This document shows, one piece after another, positions 15,024-24,311 of a stretch of 40,002 nt of DNA. Origin of the DNA: a virus; IMG/VR virus record IMGVR_UViG_3300033052_000037, positions 1-40,002 of that record. The stretch is one strand, 5' to 3'. The notes beneath the pieces were generated by a model, which did not search any database, was not told where the DNA came from, and saw only the letters and a list, made by a program, of their open reading frames with translations. The translations under genes were made by a program, and so were the position numbers. Every line of letters starts with the position of its first letter. Position 1 is the stretch's first letter.

Positions 15024-15610
15024 AGCACTTCCTCCAGGTCGCAAGCCCAGTCCAGCACCGGGCCGCCCGCCAGGCTCCACTCGTGCTGGGGCGCTGCATA
15101 TGCCACCGTGAACGGCACATTGCTCACCACCAGCGGCTCGTTGTCGGCCACGTCGGCGTAGAGCGCGGGCTCGATGCTGAGGGTGGCCTGGCCGCTGCCG
15201 TCGGTCACCACATCGGCCGTGAGCATGTAGACCTTGTTGTGGCCGTTGAACTTGACGAACTCCCCTGCCTTCATGGCGGTGACGGAGTTGGCCCAGCCGT
15301 CCGTGGAGATGCTGCGGCCGCTGGCCGTGGCACCACTGGCCAGCGGCGTGCCACTGACGGCGCTTTGAGGCTGCCCCAGCACCGCGGGCACGAAGGTAAA
15401 GCTGCCGTACTGCCCGCGTTGCGAGATGGCATGGGCCATCAGCTCGGCCATTTCGGCCCGCGAGCGGTTGCTGTACTCCAGCCGGAAGCCCCAGCGCTGC
15501 ACACTGCCGCCACGCACCTGCCGCTTGAGCGAGTGCGTGACGGACACCCGCGCAGGCTGCAGCGATCGCACCAGCAGCCGGTCTGGCGATGATGTAGTGG
15601 GGAAGCTCAT
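15020..15610 (-). CDS. Minor / distal tail protein (lambda M-like position)
   Basis: 196-aa ORF immediately after the tape measure gene. Confidence 0.55.
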   Translation of the reverse strand: MSFPTTSSPDRLLVRSLQPARVSVTHSLKRQVRGGSVQRWGFRLEYSNRSRAEMAELMAHAISQRGQYGSFTFVPAVLGQPQSAVSGTPLASGATASGRSISTDGWANSVTAMKAGEFVKFNGHNKVYMLTADVVTDGSGQATLSIEPALYADVADNEPLVVSNVPFTVAYAAPQHEWSLAGGPVLDWACDLEEVL

Positions 15611-17841
15611 ACGTTGGGGGTGGTTCTGTTGCGCAGCTGCGCCGCGCGGATGACGCTGGGCACGTTCTTGTAGATGCGGCCTTCCATTTCCTGCAGCGCG
15701 CGGCGGATCACGCCGTCGTCTGCATTGCCCTGGATGGCCACGGTCACCGGCATGCTGATCTGCACGCCGCCGCCGTCACCCGCCAGGATGTCGCGCGTCT
15801 GCTGCGCGTTGAAGATGCGCGAAGGGCCGGTAGCCTCCAGCTCGGGGCCGCGCTCACCCACGACGCGCCAGCCGCCGGAGTGGTCGCCGCCATTGGCAAA
15901 AAATGCCCCATAGTCCTGATTGCCATAGCTGTTGCCGGTGCCGAAGCCGCTGTTGCCGCCGAACAGGTTGCCAATGCTGTTGCCAATCGCCTGCAAGATG
16001 CCGCCACCACCACTGGCGCCCGCTCCAGGCAGCCCGCCACCGGTGGTGGAAACCTGCTGCTCGATCTGGATGATCCACTTCTTGATGGTGAGCTGGTACA
16101 ACACTTCCAGCAGGGTGTTCTCGATCATGTCGCTGATGCGGGTGAACACATCGCGGCTACCCTTCCAGAGGTTGATGAAGCTGTCGTGCGCAGTTGTTTC
16201 AACCGAGCGCCAGATCTCCTTTTGCTGGCCCTTGAACTTCTCCGCGTCGTCACGCGCAACAGTGGCGTCGATGATTCGTTTCTTGTAGCGCTCCCACTCG
16301 TCGCTCGACTTTGATAGCCCAAGCCTTTCCAGCTCACGCTCGGCGTTGTGCTCGCGCACTGCGGCAATGTTGTGCGTGAGGGTGTAGGTTTCATCCTCAA
16401 GCGCCTGGACAGACCGGTAGACTGCAAGCCCAACCTCCTCAGTAGCGATGGCGCGTTTGCGCATCACCTCTTCGACCTCCTGGCTCAGCTCCAGGTCGGC
16501 TTGGGCGGCTTCGGCATTGCGCTTGGTTTGGGCAATGCGCTTTTCGGTAACTTGAAGAGCATCCAGCTCAAGCGCGATCTGCGCGCGCTGGTGGGTACTG
16601 AGGCCCTGGTATTTGGTTCCCAGTTCGACCAGGTACTTGATGCGCAGCTTGTCAGACTCGGTGGCGGAAGCTCCAACAGCGATTTCGATGTTGTTTTCGG
16701 CAGTCTTCTCACGAATGCTTTTGATCAGGTCTTCGTATGCATTGGCGGCCTTCTGGGCGGCTTCCTTGGCTTTGCGCGCGTTTTCCTCTGCGTCAGCGAA
16801 TGCCTTGGCTTTTGCGGCCGCGGCAGCAGCCGCCTCTTTGTCGGCGGCCTGCTTCTTTGCGGGGCGGTCCATTTCCGCCTGCAGGGCAGCGATCTCGCGG
16901 CGAACGCGCTCGATCTCGGCGTCGTTCTTGCCAGTGCCGAACAGCCAACGGCTGACGATGCCCACGGCGGGCATCTTCTCGGCAGTTTCGCGGTCGCGCT
17001 CCAGCGCTTCGAGCTTTTCCTTGAGCGCCGTGATCTTGACGGATGCGCTGGCAAACTCGTCGGTGAAGGCAAAAGCGCCCAACGCGCCCAGCGCCACCCA
17101 GATGGCACGCAGCTTGCCGGATTCCTCGTAAGCCAGGGTGATGGCGCGGGTGGTCTCGTTCAACGCCGGCAGCATGTCACCCACCATGCGCATCTTGACG
17201 GCGCCCACGAGGATGTTGAGTTCGGCCAGCTGGTCGTTAAACTGGTCGGCGCGCTCAGCGTTTTCCTGGGTGACGCCGGACAGGCGCCGGCCCCGCTCCA
17301 CCATTTCGCCGATACGTTGGGAACCTTCTGCCAGGGCGGGCGCAGCGCCTGCCCAGCTCTTGCCCAGTGCCTCTGCAGCCATTGAGGAACGTAGTTGCGG
17401 GTCATCCAACGCAGCGAATACATCTGCCAGCTGCTTGAATGCCTCCAGCGGATCTTTTGCCGTGACGCCGAGCTGGGCATACTTTTCAGCGTTCTGCCCC
17501 ATGTTGACGGACAGCTTGTTCACAGCTGCTGCCGTACCCTCCAGGTCGGAACCTGTCTGCTTGGCCAGCAGCTGCAGGCCGGAGAGCGTTTCCACCGTCT
17601 GATCGGTGGACTTGGTCAAGTCGTTCAGGTGGTCCAGTGCATCCACCCCGCCCCGGATGAAGTTGATGAAGTAGTCGGCACTGAGGCCTATACCCAGCGC
17701 GCCCAGTGCAGTCTTGGCCTGGCCAACCACCTTTTCGATGTTGCCCATGGCCGAACTGACGGTGCGCTTGGCGTCGTCCATGTCCTTCGCCAGGCGGGCC
17801 ATGTTGGCCAACATCTGGATCTCAAGTACACCGACGTTCAT
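15607..17841 (-). CDS. Tail tape measure protein
   Basis: 744 aa, long Ala/Glu/Lys-rich helical regions, a Gly-rich C-terminal segment, and the expected position after the G/G-T genes. Confidence 0.85.
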   Translation of the reverse strand: MNVGVLEIQMLANMARLAKDMDDAKRTVSSAMGNIEKVVGQAKTALGALGIGLSADYFINFIRGGVDALDHLNDLTKSTDQTVETLSGLQLLAKQTGSDLEGTAAAVNKLSVNMGQNAEKYAQLGVTAKDPLEAFKQLADVFAALDDPQLRSSMAAEALGKSWAGAAPALAEGSQRIGEMVERGRRLSGVTQENAERADQFNDQLAELNILVGAVKMRMVGDMLPALNETTRAITLAYEESGKLRAIWVALGALGAFAFTDEFASASVKITALKEKLEALERDRETAEKMPAVGIVSRWLFGTGKNDAEIERVRREIAALQAEMDRPAKKQAADKEAAAAAAAKAKAFADAEENARKAKEAAQKAANAYEDLIKSIREKTAENNIEIAVGASATESDKLRIKYLVELGTKYQGLSTHQRAQIALELDALQVTEKRIAQTKRNAEAAQADLELSQEVEEVMRKRAIATEEVGLAVYRSVQALEDETYTLTHNIAAVREHNAERELERLGLSKSSDEWERYKKRIIDATVARDDAEKFKGQQKEIWRSVETTAHDSFINLWKGSRDVFTRISDMIENTLLEVLYQLTIKKWIIQIEQQVSTTGGGLPGAGASGGGGILQAIGNSIGNLFGGNSGFGTGNSYGNQDYGAFFANGGDHSGGWRVVGERGPELEATGPSRIFNAQQTRDILAGDGGGVQISMPVTVAIQGNADDGVIRRALQEMEGRIYKNVPSVIRAAQLRNRTTPNV

Positions 17842-17844
17842 GGT

Positions 17845-18309
17845 TCACCCTTGTGGTGGCGGTTTGCGCGCCTGGAAGTAGGCGCGCATGTTCATGCTGA
17901 TCTGCCGGCTGACGGCAGCACGATTGGCTTCAATGGACTCTTCGCTCAGGTACGGCGCCGGGCTGTCCGGCGCGCGGGCAGCAACGGCGGCGGCCAGGTA
18001 CTCGCGCGACAGGCGGTGCAGCAGTTGCGCCTCCCAGGGCTGCAGCTGCAGGCCGGTCTGGGCCTGCCAAGCCTTCAGTTCAACGTAGCTCAGGGGCGCC
18101 TCGCCCATGGCGCCCGCCTGTGTGGGGCCCACGTCCCAGAAATACGCCAGCAGGTGCGGCGCATCCACGGGCGGCAGGGCCGGCTCTATGCGGTCTGCCT
18201 GCATCTTCTGCAGGCGGGTGACGGTGGCCTTGTCGGGCGCGGTGTTCAGCCACGCGCTCTGGCGGACGTAAAGGCTCAGCTGCTCGCTGAGCCTTTCGTG
18301 AAATTTCCC
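17845..18309 (-). CDS. T-frame extension of the tail assembly chaperone (expressed only as a G-T fusion via -1 frameshift)
   Basis: The frame is open from the slippery site at 18303-18309 down to the stop at 17845. It runs into the ORF-track ORF 17845..18204 with no intervening stop. Confidence 0.7.
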   Translation of the reverse strand, partial: GKFHERLSEQLSLYVRQSAWLNTAPDKATVTRLQKMQADRIEPALPPVDAPHLLAYFWDVGPTQAGAMGEAPLSYVELKAWQAQTGLQLQPWEAQLLHRLSREYLAAAVAARAPDSPAPYLSEESIEANRAAVSRQISMNMRAYFQARKPPPQG

Positions 18310-18689
18310 CAGTCACCCAGGAAGCGGGCCACCTGGTCGGCAATGAAGCCGATGGTGATGTCGGAATAGATGGCCAGGGCCAGGTCGCGGCCCTCCTTGC
18401 CGTCGTAGTCGACGTGCTCGAAGGCTTCGGTGCAGTCAGCCAGGAACTCGGCTTTCTCGCGCGCCAGCTCTTCGGCGCTCTGGGCTGCCTTGTTGCGGCG
18501 CTTGAAGACTTTGTCGAGCATGCGCGCTTGCTGGGCAGCCTGGGCGGCGGCGTGTTGCGTTGAGCCAGGGCCGTACAGGCGCACGGCCATGGGCTTGCTG
18601 GTGTCGCCATCGGCGAACATGGGTTGCTCGGCAGCGTCGCGCAGGGGCAGGCGCTTGGTGGGGTCGACGGCGAATTGTCGGATGTCCAT
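18276..18689 (-). CDS. Tail assembly chaperone (lambda G-like)
   Basis: 137 aa from ATG 18689, positioned between the tube gene and the tape measure gene. Confidence 0.7.
   Translation of the reverse strand: MDIRQFAVDPTKRLPLRDAAEQPMFADGDTSKPMAVRLYGPGSTQHAAAQAAQQARMLDKVFKRRNKAAQSAEELAREKAEFLADCTEAFEHVDYDGKEGRDLALAIYSDITIGFIADQVARFLGDWGNFTKGSASS
18303..18309 (-). promoter_or_regulatory. -1 programmed ribosomal frameshift heptamer G GGA AAT
   Basis: It has X XXY YYZ phasing in the G frame, 9 codons before the G stop. Confidence 0.7.
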
Positions 18690-18799
18690 GATGGGGTGGC
18701 TTCTTTCGCGGGAGGTTGATGAACGCCCGTGCCAGACCCTGCCGCCCCCGCGAAGGAGCGAGCAGGGCCAGGCCGGTGCGGGGTGGTCGCGGTCGGCCG

Positions 18800-19240
18800 T
18801 CAGGTGGTGCCGATGACGATGATGGAGTAGCCATTGGCGTCGGGCGCCACCATGGCCAGCAGGCCACCGGGTTTGACGCGGGCCTTGTCGGTGGCGTCGC
18901 CGAACAGGCTGGCAATGGCTGCGCTGGCATGGCCGCCCACCAGCACGTCGTTGGTGTTGGCGGCATCGGCCTTGATGATGAGCGCCTTGATCTTGGTAAA
19001 GGTCAGGGCGTTGCCCAGGGCATCCGTCAGGCCGCCGGCCAAGTCCAGGTTTTCCGAGGCGCTGGCCGCAAGGGTGCGCGTGTCGGCAAAGAGGGCCTTG
19101 GCCTGGTTGGCGCCGGTGCCGTCTGTCAGCACGGCGTTGTAGCCGTACTGCAGTGCGTGCCGGGCGCTGCCGATGTCGAGCGTGCTCAACAGTTCGGCCA
19201 CCACGTCCAGTTTGATGTTGGCGTTGAGGCTGGTGGTCAT
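18800..19240 (-). CDS. Hypothetical structural-module protein between the tube and chaperone genes
   Basis: 146-aa ORF with a GAGG RBS. Confidence 0.5.
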   Translation of the reverse strand: MTTSLNANIKLDVVAELLSTLDIGSARHALQYGYNAVLTDGTGANQAKALFADTRTLAASASENLDLAGGLTDALGNALTFTKIKALIIKADAANTNDVLVGGHASAAIASLFGDATDKARVKPGGLLAMVAPDANGYSIIVIGTT

Positions 19241-19249
19241 GATTCAGCC

Positions 19250-19711
19250 TCAAGCAGCCAGCGATTCGACGATGCCAACGCCGGTGCTGGAGGTGGTGAT
19301 CTCCAGCGAGCTGGCGGCGGAGGTAACGCTGTTGACGTCATTCAACCCCACCTTGAAGTTCATCACCAGCGCCTGGAAGTAGTACTTGTCGCCGTTGGCC
19401 GTCGTCAGCTCGAAGCTGTACTTGCTGTCAGACAGGGCTGCGGCCTTCATGATGATCTGGCCGGCGTCGTCCGTGTCCAGGCCGAGCTGCAGGTTCATGG
19501 AGCCCTCGTTGAAGGAGCCCTTGAGCTTTTGCGTGCCGCGGCTGCTCACCGGGTTGTGGGTGGCGAGCTGGAACTCGCGACCGAATTCACCGAAGTTGGT
19601 GATCTCGCCAACAGCGGTATAGCTCAGGGCGGCATAGCCCGTCGTGTCGAAGGTGGCAGGCGCAGAGGCCGAAACCTTGAGGGTGGCCGTGGCCGTGGTG
19701 CGTACTGTCAT
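19250..19711 (-). CDS. Major tail (tube) protein
   Basis: 153 aa with an AAGGAAG RBS. Assigned by position and general tube-protein-like sequence. Confidence 0.65.
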   Translation of the reverse strand: MTVRTTATATLKVSASAPATFDTTGYAALSYTAVGEITNFGEFGREFQLATHNPVSSRGTQKLKGSFNEGSMNLQLGLDTDDAGQIIMKAAALSDSKYSFELTTANGDKYYFQALVMNFKVGLNDVNSVTSAASSLEITTSSTGVGIVESLAA

Positions 19712-19760
19712 GACAGCTTCCTTTCAATACGCCTGGTGGCGCGTGGTTAAAAAAACGGGG

Positions 19761-20162
19761 TTAACGGTTGAACTTGACGATGAAGTCCTGCGTCTTGATG
19801 TAGGCGCCGTCTTCATGGCGGTACATGTCGGGGCCGGTGACATCGGGCAGCACGGAGTCGCAGGCGAAGCCGTTGACCGTGCCACGCGACACCGGGCAGG
19901 CCGCAAGCACCAGCTGCAGCACAGCCTGCAGGGCTTCATAGCTGGCTGCCACCACGGTGGCCTGGATGCGCTCCGTCCAGAGGGTTGGAGACTCGCCCAT
20001 GCGCACGGTCTTGCGCACGGAGCCGCTCACCTGTGTGACGGCGATGGCCGTCAGCGGCGTGCCCTGCGGGATGATGCCGCCGCAGATCTGCGCCGCCGGC
20101 ACCTGGGCCAGCAAGGGGGCATTGCTGGTGAGCAGGTGGGTAACGATGGCAACGCCGCTCAT
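19761..20162 (-). CDS. Tail terminator / tail completion protein (DUF3168-like)
   Basis: 133 aa. Assigned by position and by-eye family resemblance. Confidence 0.55.
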   Translation of the reverse strand: MSGVAIVTHLLTSNAPLLAQVPAAQICGGIIPQGTPLTAIAVTQVSGSVRKTVRMGESPTLWTERIQATVVAASYEALQAVLQLVLAACPVSRGTVNGFACDSVLPDVTGPDMYRHEDGAYIKTQDFIVKFNR

Positions 20163-20728
20163 GGTGCTTCAGCCTCGATGTCGATGTGCGATGTGTCCAG
20201 CCCGTTCTTGGTGGCCAGCCGCTTCTTGACGTACTCGCCCACGGCCTCCACAGCCTGCGGGCTGTCGTTGTCCAGCGTGGGGCGCATGTAGGGGTGCGAC
20301 ATGGCACCGGGGTGCGAGACCGCCTGGCCGACGTACTGGCCGCCGATCACCAGGCTGCCGCGCTGGATCATCTTGTTGATGGTGCGCATGCTGTACTGGC
20401 GCATGCCATGGCGTGTGAGACGCTGGGGGCGGATCTCGTCGCTCACCCGTATAAGGTGGGCCGCGGTGCCGAACTCCGCCCAGTGGGCCTTGAAGTCATT
20501 CGTCCTGATGCTGGCGCGTACCGTGCCGCCGCGTGCGCTCACGCTCAGGCGCAGGCTGTCGCGCAGCTCGCCGCTCTGGACGGGCACACGTTCCTTGGCG
20601 CCGGCCAGAAAGACCTTGCCGCCGGCGCGCATGGCACCACGCATGACATTGCGCTCCATCTGGGCGGGCAGCTGGTCCAGCATGCGCTGCAGGTCTGCCA
20701 GGCCATTGACGTGGGTGGTACCGCTCAT
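20159..20728 (-). CDS. HK97 gp10-like neck protein
   Basis: N-terminal pattern LADLQRMLDQLPAQMERNVMRGAMRAGGKV... together with AHWAEFGT. Confidence 0.6.
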   Translation of the reverse strand: MSGTTHVNGLADLQRMLDQLPAQMERNVMRGAMRAGGKVFLAGAKERVPVQSGELRDSLRLSVSARGGTVRASIRTNDFKAHWAEFGTAAHLIRVSDEIRPQRLTRHGMRQYSMRTINKMIQRGSLVIGGQYVGQAVSHPGAMSHPYMRPTLDNDSPQAVEAVGEYVKKRLATKNGLDTSHIDIEAEAP

Positions 20729-21066
20729 GACGACAAGACCTCCACCATCAGCTCGATGCCATCCTTGGTGCCGATTTCAGCCGGGCCGCTGATGATCTGG
20801 CACACCACTTCACCCTGGCTGCGCTGGAGGACGACGCGCATGGCGGGGTCGATGTCGTCGCGGTAGTTCAGCCGCACCCGGGCGGGGCGGCGGCTCATCA
20901 CCAGCTGCTCGGTCATGCCTTCGGCGCGGGAAGGCAGCACGTCCAGCACCTCGCACCAGTCTTCGGCGTGCAGGCGCCAGGTGACTTTCTCGCTGTGGTA
21001 GGTGGGGTCCTGCGTGGAGATCTTGACCTCGAAGCGGCAGGGGGTGTTGCGTTTGCCGGCGCGCAT
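20725..21066 (-). CDS. Head-tail adaptor / head closure protein (HK97 gp9-like)
   Basis: 113 aa from ATG 21066 (TGATG overlap). The longer ORF-track N-terminus was rejected. Confidence 0.55.
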   Translation of the reverse strand: MRAGKRNTPCRFEVKISTQDPTYHSEKVTWRLHAEDWCEVLDVLPSRAEGMTEQLVMSRRPARVRLNYRDDIDPAMRVVLQRSQGEVVCQIISGPAEIGTKDGIELMVEVLSS

Positions 21067-21638
21067 CAGAGGCTCCAGATGCGGTAGGTATCGAGCAGGC
21101 CGCTGACGAACGGGATCTCTGCAACACTCACGCCGGCGGCGATCTGCTCGCGGTGCTCGAACAGGGTGCCGACGCGCAGCTTGAGCCAGGCCTTGATGAC
21201 CTGCGGCACGGCGGCGGCATCGGCCCAGCCTGCCGTGTACTGGATCTGCACCGCGCCTACCCTGTCCTGCGTGCTGGGCCAGCTTTGATTGGGGGCCAGC
21301 GTCAGGCGGGCCGGTTCGCTGTCGCCGTCCAGCAGGTAGACGCTGGGGCTCAAGGTCTGCAGCACGCCGTCCTGGTCGTAGTATTTCACCCAGTCGACGG
21401 ACTGCACGGTTGGCCAGTGCAAACGTATGCACCCGCCGCACGGGAAGGCGTCGTCCACCCGCTTCCAGGTGGTGGTGAGCAGCGTGCGGTTCATGCTGTG
21501 CTCGGCCTCCTGGCGGGCTGCGGTGATCAGCGCCTCGATGAGGTCATCCTCCCGCGAGTGCGTCACGCGCAGGTGCGCCTTGGCCTGGGCCAGCGTGATG
21601 GGCTCGGCCGTTGCGTCGGTGACTTTGATGGTGGGCAT
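21066..21638 (-). CDS. Head-tail connector protein (gp6-like)
   Basis: Begins at MPTIKV. The motif ITLAQAKAHLRV...DDLIEALITAARQEAE is typical of gp6-like connectors. Confidence 0.65.
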   Translation of the reverse strand: MPTIKVTDATAEPITLAQAKAHLRVTHSREDDLIEALITAARQEAEHSMNRTLLTTTWKRVDDAFPCGGCIRLHWPTVQSVDWVKYYDQDGVLQTLSPSVYLLDGDSEPARLTLAPNQSWPSTQDRVGAVQIQYTAGWADAAAVPQVIKAWLKLRVGTLFEHREQIAAGVSVAEIPFVSGLLDTYRIWSL

Positions 21639-21661
21639 GGTGGTGCTCTGGTGTGCTTGGC

Positions 21662-21684
21662 AAAAAGCCCTCACGCGGAGGGCT
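21662..21684 (-). terminator. Intrinsic terminator/attenuator after the capsid genes
   Basis: Stem AGCCCTC/GAGGGCT with loop ACGCG, followed by a U5 run on the minus strand. Confidence 0.6.
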
Positions 21685-21705
21685 TTTCACGAAGCAGGCT
21701 GGTGA

Positions 21706-22128
21706 TCAGACCGGCGGGTTGGGCGTGGGCACGATCTGCGGGTGGCCCAGCACGGCCACAGCCGCGACCAGGGCCGCGCTGGCGTTGTTGGCCGGCGTGA
21801 TGGTCAGGCGCACATAGCGCTTGGAGCCGATGTAGCCGATCTTGCGGGTCTCGTCGTCGTCGCCGAAGGCGAAGCCGGCCAGGGCTTCGGTGCCCAGCAG
21901 GTTTTCATCGGCCACTGCGGCTGCATCGCTGAGGGCGGAGTTGTCACCATCTTCGACCAGGACGGCGAAGGTGGCGTCGGCATCGGCCAGGGAGCCGGTG
22001 GCGATGCAGAAGGTGATGGATTCGTAGCCCTGACGATCGATGATCTGGCTCACCTGGGCAGTGTTGTCAGCCACGCTGACGGGGGAGATCGCACGCGCGA
22101 CGTGGATCTTGTTCATGAGGTCTTTCAT
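21706..22128 (-). CDS. Hypothetical head protein downstream of the major capsid gene (decoration-like position)
   Basis: ATG 22128 with a GAGGAA RBS, 140 aa. Confidence 0.5.
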   Translation of the reverse strand: MKDLMNKIHVARAISPVSVADNTAQVSQIIDRQGYESITFCIATGSLADADATFAVLVEDGDNSALSDAAAVADENLLGTEALAGFAFGDDDETRKIGYIGSKRYVRLTITPANNASAALVAAVAVLGHPQIVPTPNPPV

Positions 22129-22219
22129 GACGGGTTCCTCGAGATGGGTTGATGGAAAGCGCAATGCAAGACGCCGCCGGGGTTGAGGCCGGCGGCGTCA
22201 GGGTGAAAGCTCAGGCCGA

Positions 22220-23581
22220 TCAGTTGATGAACTTCATCAGCTTGATGGCTTCGAAGTTCTGCACACCACCACCGAAGCGGCGGCGGAAGTTGAACTTGGT
22301 CTTGCCCTTGGCCGTGATGTTGTCCCGGATCAGCACGGTGCCGCTGCGGTTGACCACCACGTAGCCCTGGGCGAAGTTGCCGTAGGCGATGGAGAAGCTG
22401 TTGGCAGCAATCGTCGGCATGTTGTCGTCGATCTCCACCGGGCTGCCCAGCAGGCGGCCACCGAAGCCGGCCAGCGGGTCCGGTTGCCACAGGTAGAAGT
22501 TGCCCGTGCCGTCCTTCATCTGGCGGACTTTGGCCAGAGTGGCATCAGCCATCACAAATGCCGCACCGGGGCGGTATTGCGCCTTGAGCGAGTGCTGCAG
22601 GTCGATGATGGCGTCGCCCGGGTTCGAGGCAGCGAAGTCGCCGCTTGCGCCGGACTTGATGAAACCGAGCTTGCCCCAGCCGTAATTGGCGTTGGCCACG
22701 GTGTCATAGGCGGTGATGCCGCGTGCGCTGCCCACGCCGGTGCCGATTGCAAACTCCGAGCCAGCCAGCTCGGCAAACGCGATGGCGGCTTCGCTGGCCA
22801 GATCCATCTCGATGTCGATGACGGCGTCGTCCAACGTGGAGTTGAAGACCCAGGGCTCGGCTTCCGCTTCGTGCGCGGTGAACTCCAGCTCGACGTACTT
22901 GGGGTTGGTGGTCTCACCGCCGGTAGCACCGGGGCCGACACGCCGTGCCGTCATGCCAGTGGTCTTTGCAACCTTCTTGAAGGTGTCGGAGCCGATGGTG
23001 ACCTGGCGCGCCAGGCGGCCGATGGCAGAGGTGACGCCGACCACGCGGATGATCTCGCTGTCCATCTCGGGCAACACCAGCACGGCGCCATCGGGAATGG
23101 AGCCGCTGTTGTAGGCCTTGCGGGCCAGCGAAGCCAGGTCGGATTCGCTGCCACCCTTGCGCAGGAAGTTGCCGAAGGCCTGCTTGTAGGCGACCTGCTC
23201 CTCGGTCAACTCCTTGCCTTCGGCATCCTTGACGGCCGGGCGATTGGCCTTCTTGGCCATCTCCACCACATCGGAGTTCAGCTTGGTCAGCTCGCCGTTG
23301 AGCTTGTCGACGGTCGCCTGCAGATCTGCGACGGCCTTACCCTCGGCCTTGGCCTTGAGCAGCTCGTCGTTCTTGCGGGTGAACTCGCCCCAGGCCTCGG
23401 CCTGCTTGTCGAGGGCTTGCTTCAGCTCCAGCTGGATTTCGCCGCTCATGGCCATGGGGACCATGCCGATGCCGGCCAGTGCCTCGGGCGGGACGACGGG
23501 ATGGCCGAGCAGCGCGGCGACGGCCATGATGGCGACGACAGCCAGGAAGGCCAGCGTCAGGTTCTTTCGGGTGAATTGCAT
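22220..23581 (-). CDS. Major capsid protein, HK97 family
   Basis: 453 aa. A coiled-coil delta-like region is followed by the HK97-fold region. AAGGAA RBS at 23581. Confidence 0.85.
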   Translation of the reverse strand: MQFTRKNLTLAFLAVVAIMAVAALLGHPVVPPEALAGIGMVPMAMSGEIQLELKQALDKQAEAWGEFTRKNDELLKAKAEGKAVADLQATVDKLNGELTKLNSDVVEMAKKANRPAVKDAEGKELTEEQVAYKQAFGNFLRKGGSESDLASLARKAYNSGSIPDGAVLVLPEMDSEIIRVVGVTSAIGRLARQVTIGSDTFKKVAKTTGMTARRVGPGATGGETTNPKYVELEFTAHEAEAEPWVFNSTLDDAVIDIEMDLASEAAIAFAELAGSEFAIGTGVGSARGITAYDTVANANYGWGKLGFIKSGASGDFAASNPGDAIIDLQHSLKAQYRPGAAFVMADATLAKVRQMKDGTGNFYLWQPDPLAGFGGRLLGSPVEIDDNMPTIAANSFSIAYGNFAQGYVVVNRSGTVLIRDNITAKGKTKFNFRRRFGGGVQNFEAIKLMKFIN

Positions 23582-23595
23582 GATGCGTTTCCTTT

Positions 23596-24309
23596 TCAGG
23601 TGCGTTGGAGGATTTCGGTGTTGCGCTTGATGGCGGCAACCAGGTCATCGAGCTCCGCGCTGCCAGCGTCCTGCATGGCTTTGAGGTGCCGGAAGCCGTG
23701 ACTGATCACGATGCGGGCTTCCTTTCGCGACAGCCCAGCGTCCTGCATGAGCTGTTCGAATTCGCGTTCGGTGCAGTCCAAGCCGGACTTCACGCTGGAT
23801 ACACGGGCCTTGCCGTTCGCCGGGAAGGTGACCAGGCTGATCTCGACCAGCTCGATCTCGTGCAGCTTGCGGCGCGGCTCATCGGGTTTGGTGCCGATGG
23901 TGAACTTGCGCGGGATGTAGCCGATGGACAGGCCGGTGATGGCCGGGCGCGGCTTCATCTTCATGAGGGTGTAGGCCTCCTGCCCGCGCTGGATGGGTGC
24001 CAGCACGCCTTCGCTGGCGAGGCCTTTGTGGTCCTCCTCCAGCACGTCCCACACACCCACTGGCATCAGGTCTTGCGCGCTCATGCCCCAGCCGCCGTGC
24101 TGCAGCAGCATGGCCGGGTAGTTGCCGGACTTGCGGGCCTCCTTCAGCGTCTTGCTGAAGGCGCCCTCCTCGATCACGTCGCCGTAGCTGTCGATGTTTC
24201 CGAAGACGGCGCCGTAGCCCTTGAAGCGCATCTCGCCCTCGGGCGCGCCGTCCTTCTGCTCGGTCACCAGGTCGACCAGGTTGACTCGCTTGTGCTCGAT
24301 CTTGTCCAT
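23596..24309 (-). CDS. Prohead protease, HK97 family (S78/U35)
   Basis: GYGAVFGNIDSYGDVIEEGAFSKTL...LLQHG pattern, and position between the portal and capsid genes. Confidence 0.85.
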   Translation of the reverse strand: MDKIEHKRVNLVDLVTEQKDGAPEGEMRFKGYGAVFGNIDSYGDVIEEGAFSKTLKEARKSGNYPAMLLQHGGWGMSAQDLMPVGVWDVLEEDHKGLASEGVLAPIQRGQEAYTLMKMKPRPAITGLSIGYIPRKFTIGTKPDEPRRKLHEIELVEISLVTFPANGKARVSSVKSGLDCTEREFEQLMQDAGLSRKEARIVISHGFRHLKAMQDAGSAELDDLVAAIKRNTEILQRT

Positions 24310-24311
24310 GT

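Noticed and set aside
16348-17385. 345-aa plus-strand ORF
   Set aside because: It is antisense to the tape measure gene.
18080-18610. 176-aa minus-strand ORF in the third frame over the G/T region
   Set aside because: It is not the frame reached by a -1 slip from G. The product is Pro/Arg/Ala-rich. Rejected in favour of the G and G-T frames.
18690-19253. N-terminal 188 aa of ORF-track ORF 18276..19253(-)
   Set aside because: This part is Arg/Gln/Pro/His-rich junk that overlaps the 18800-19240 gene. The true chaperone starts at ATG 18689.
22484-23701. 405-aa plus-strand ORF
   Set aside because: It is antisense to the HK97-type capsid gene.
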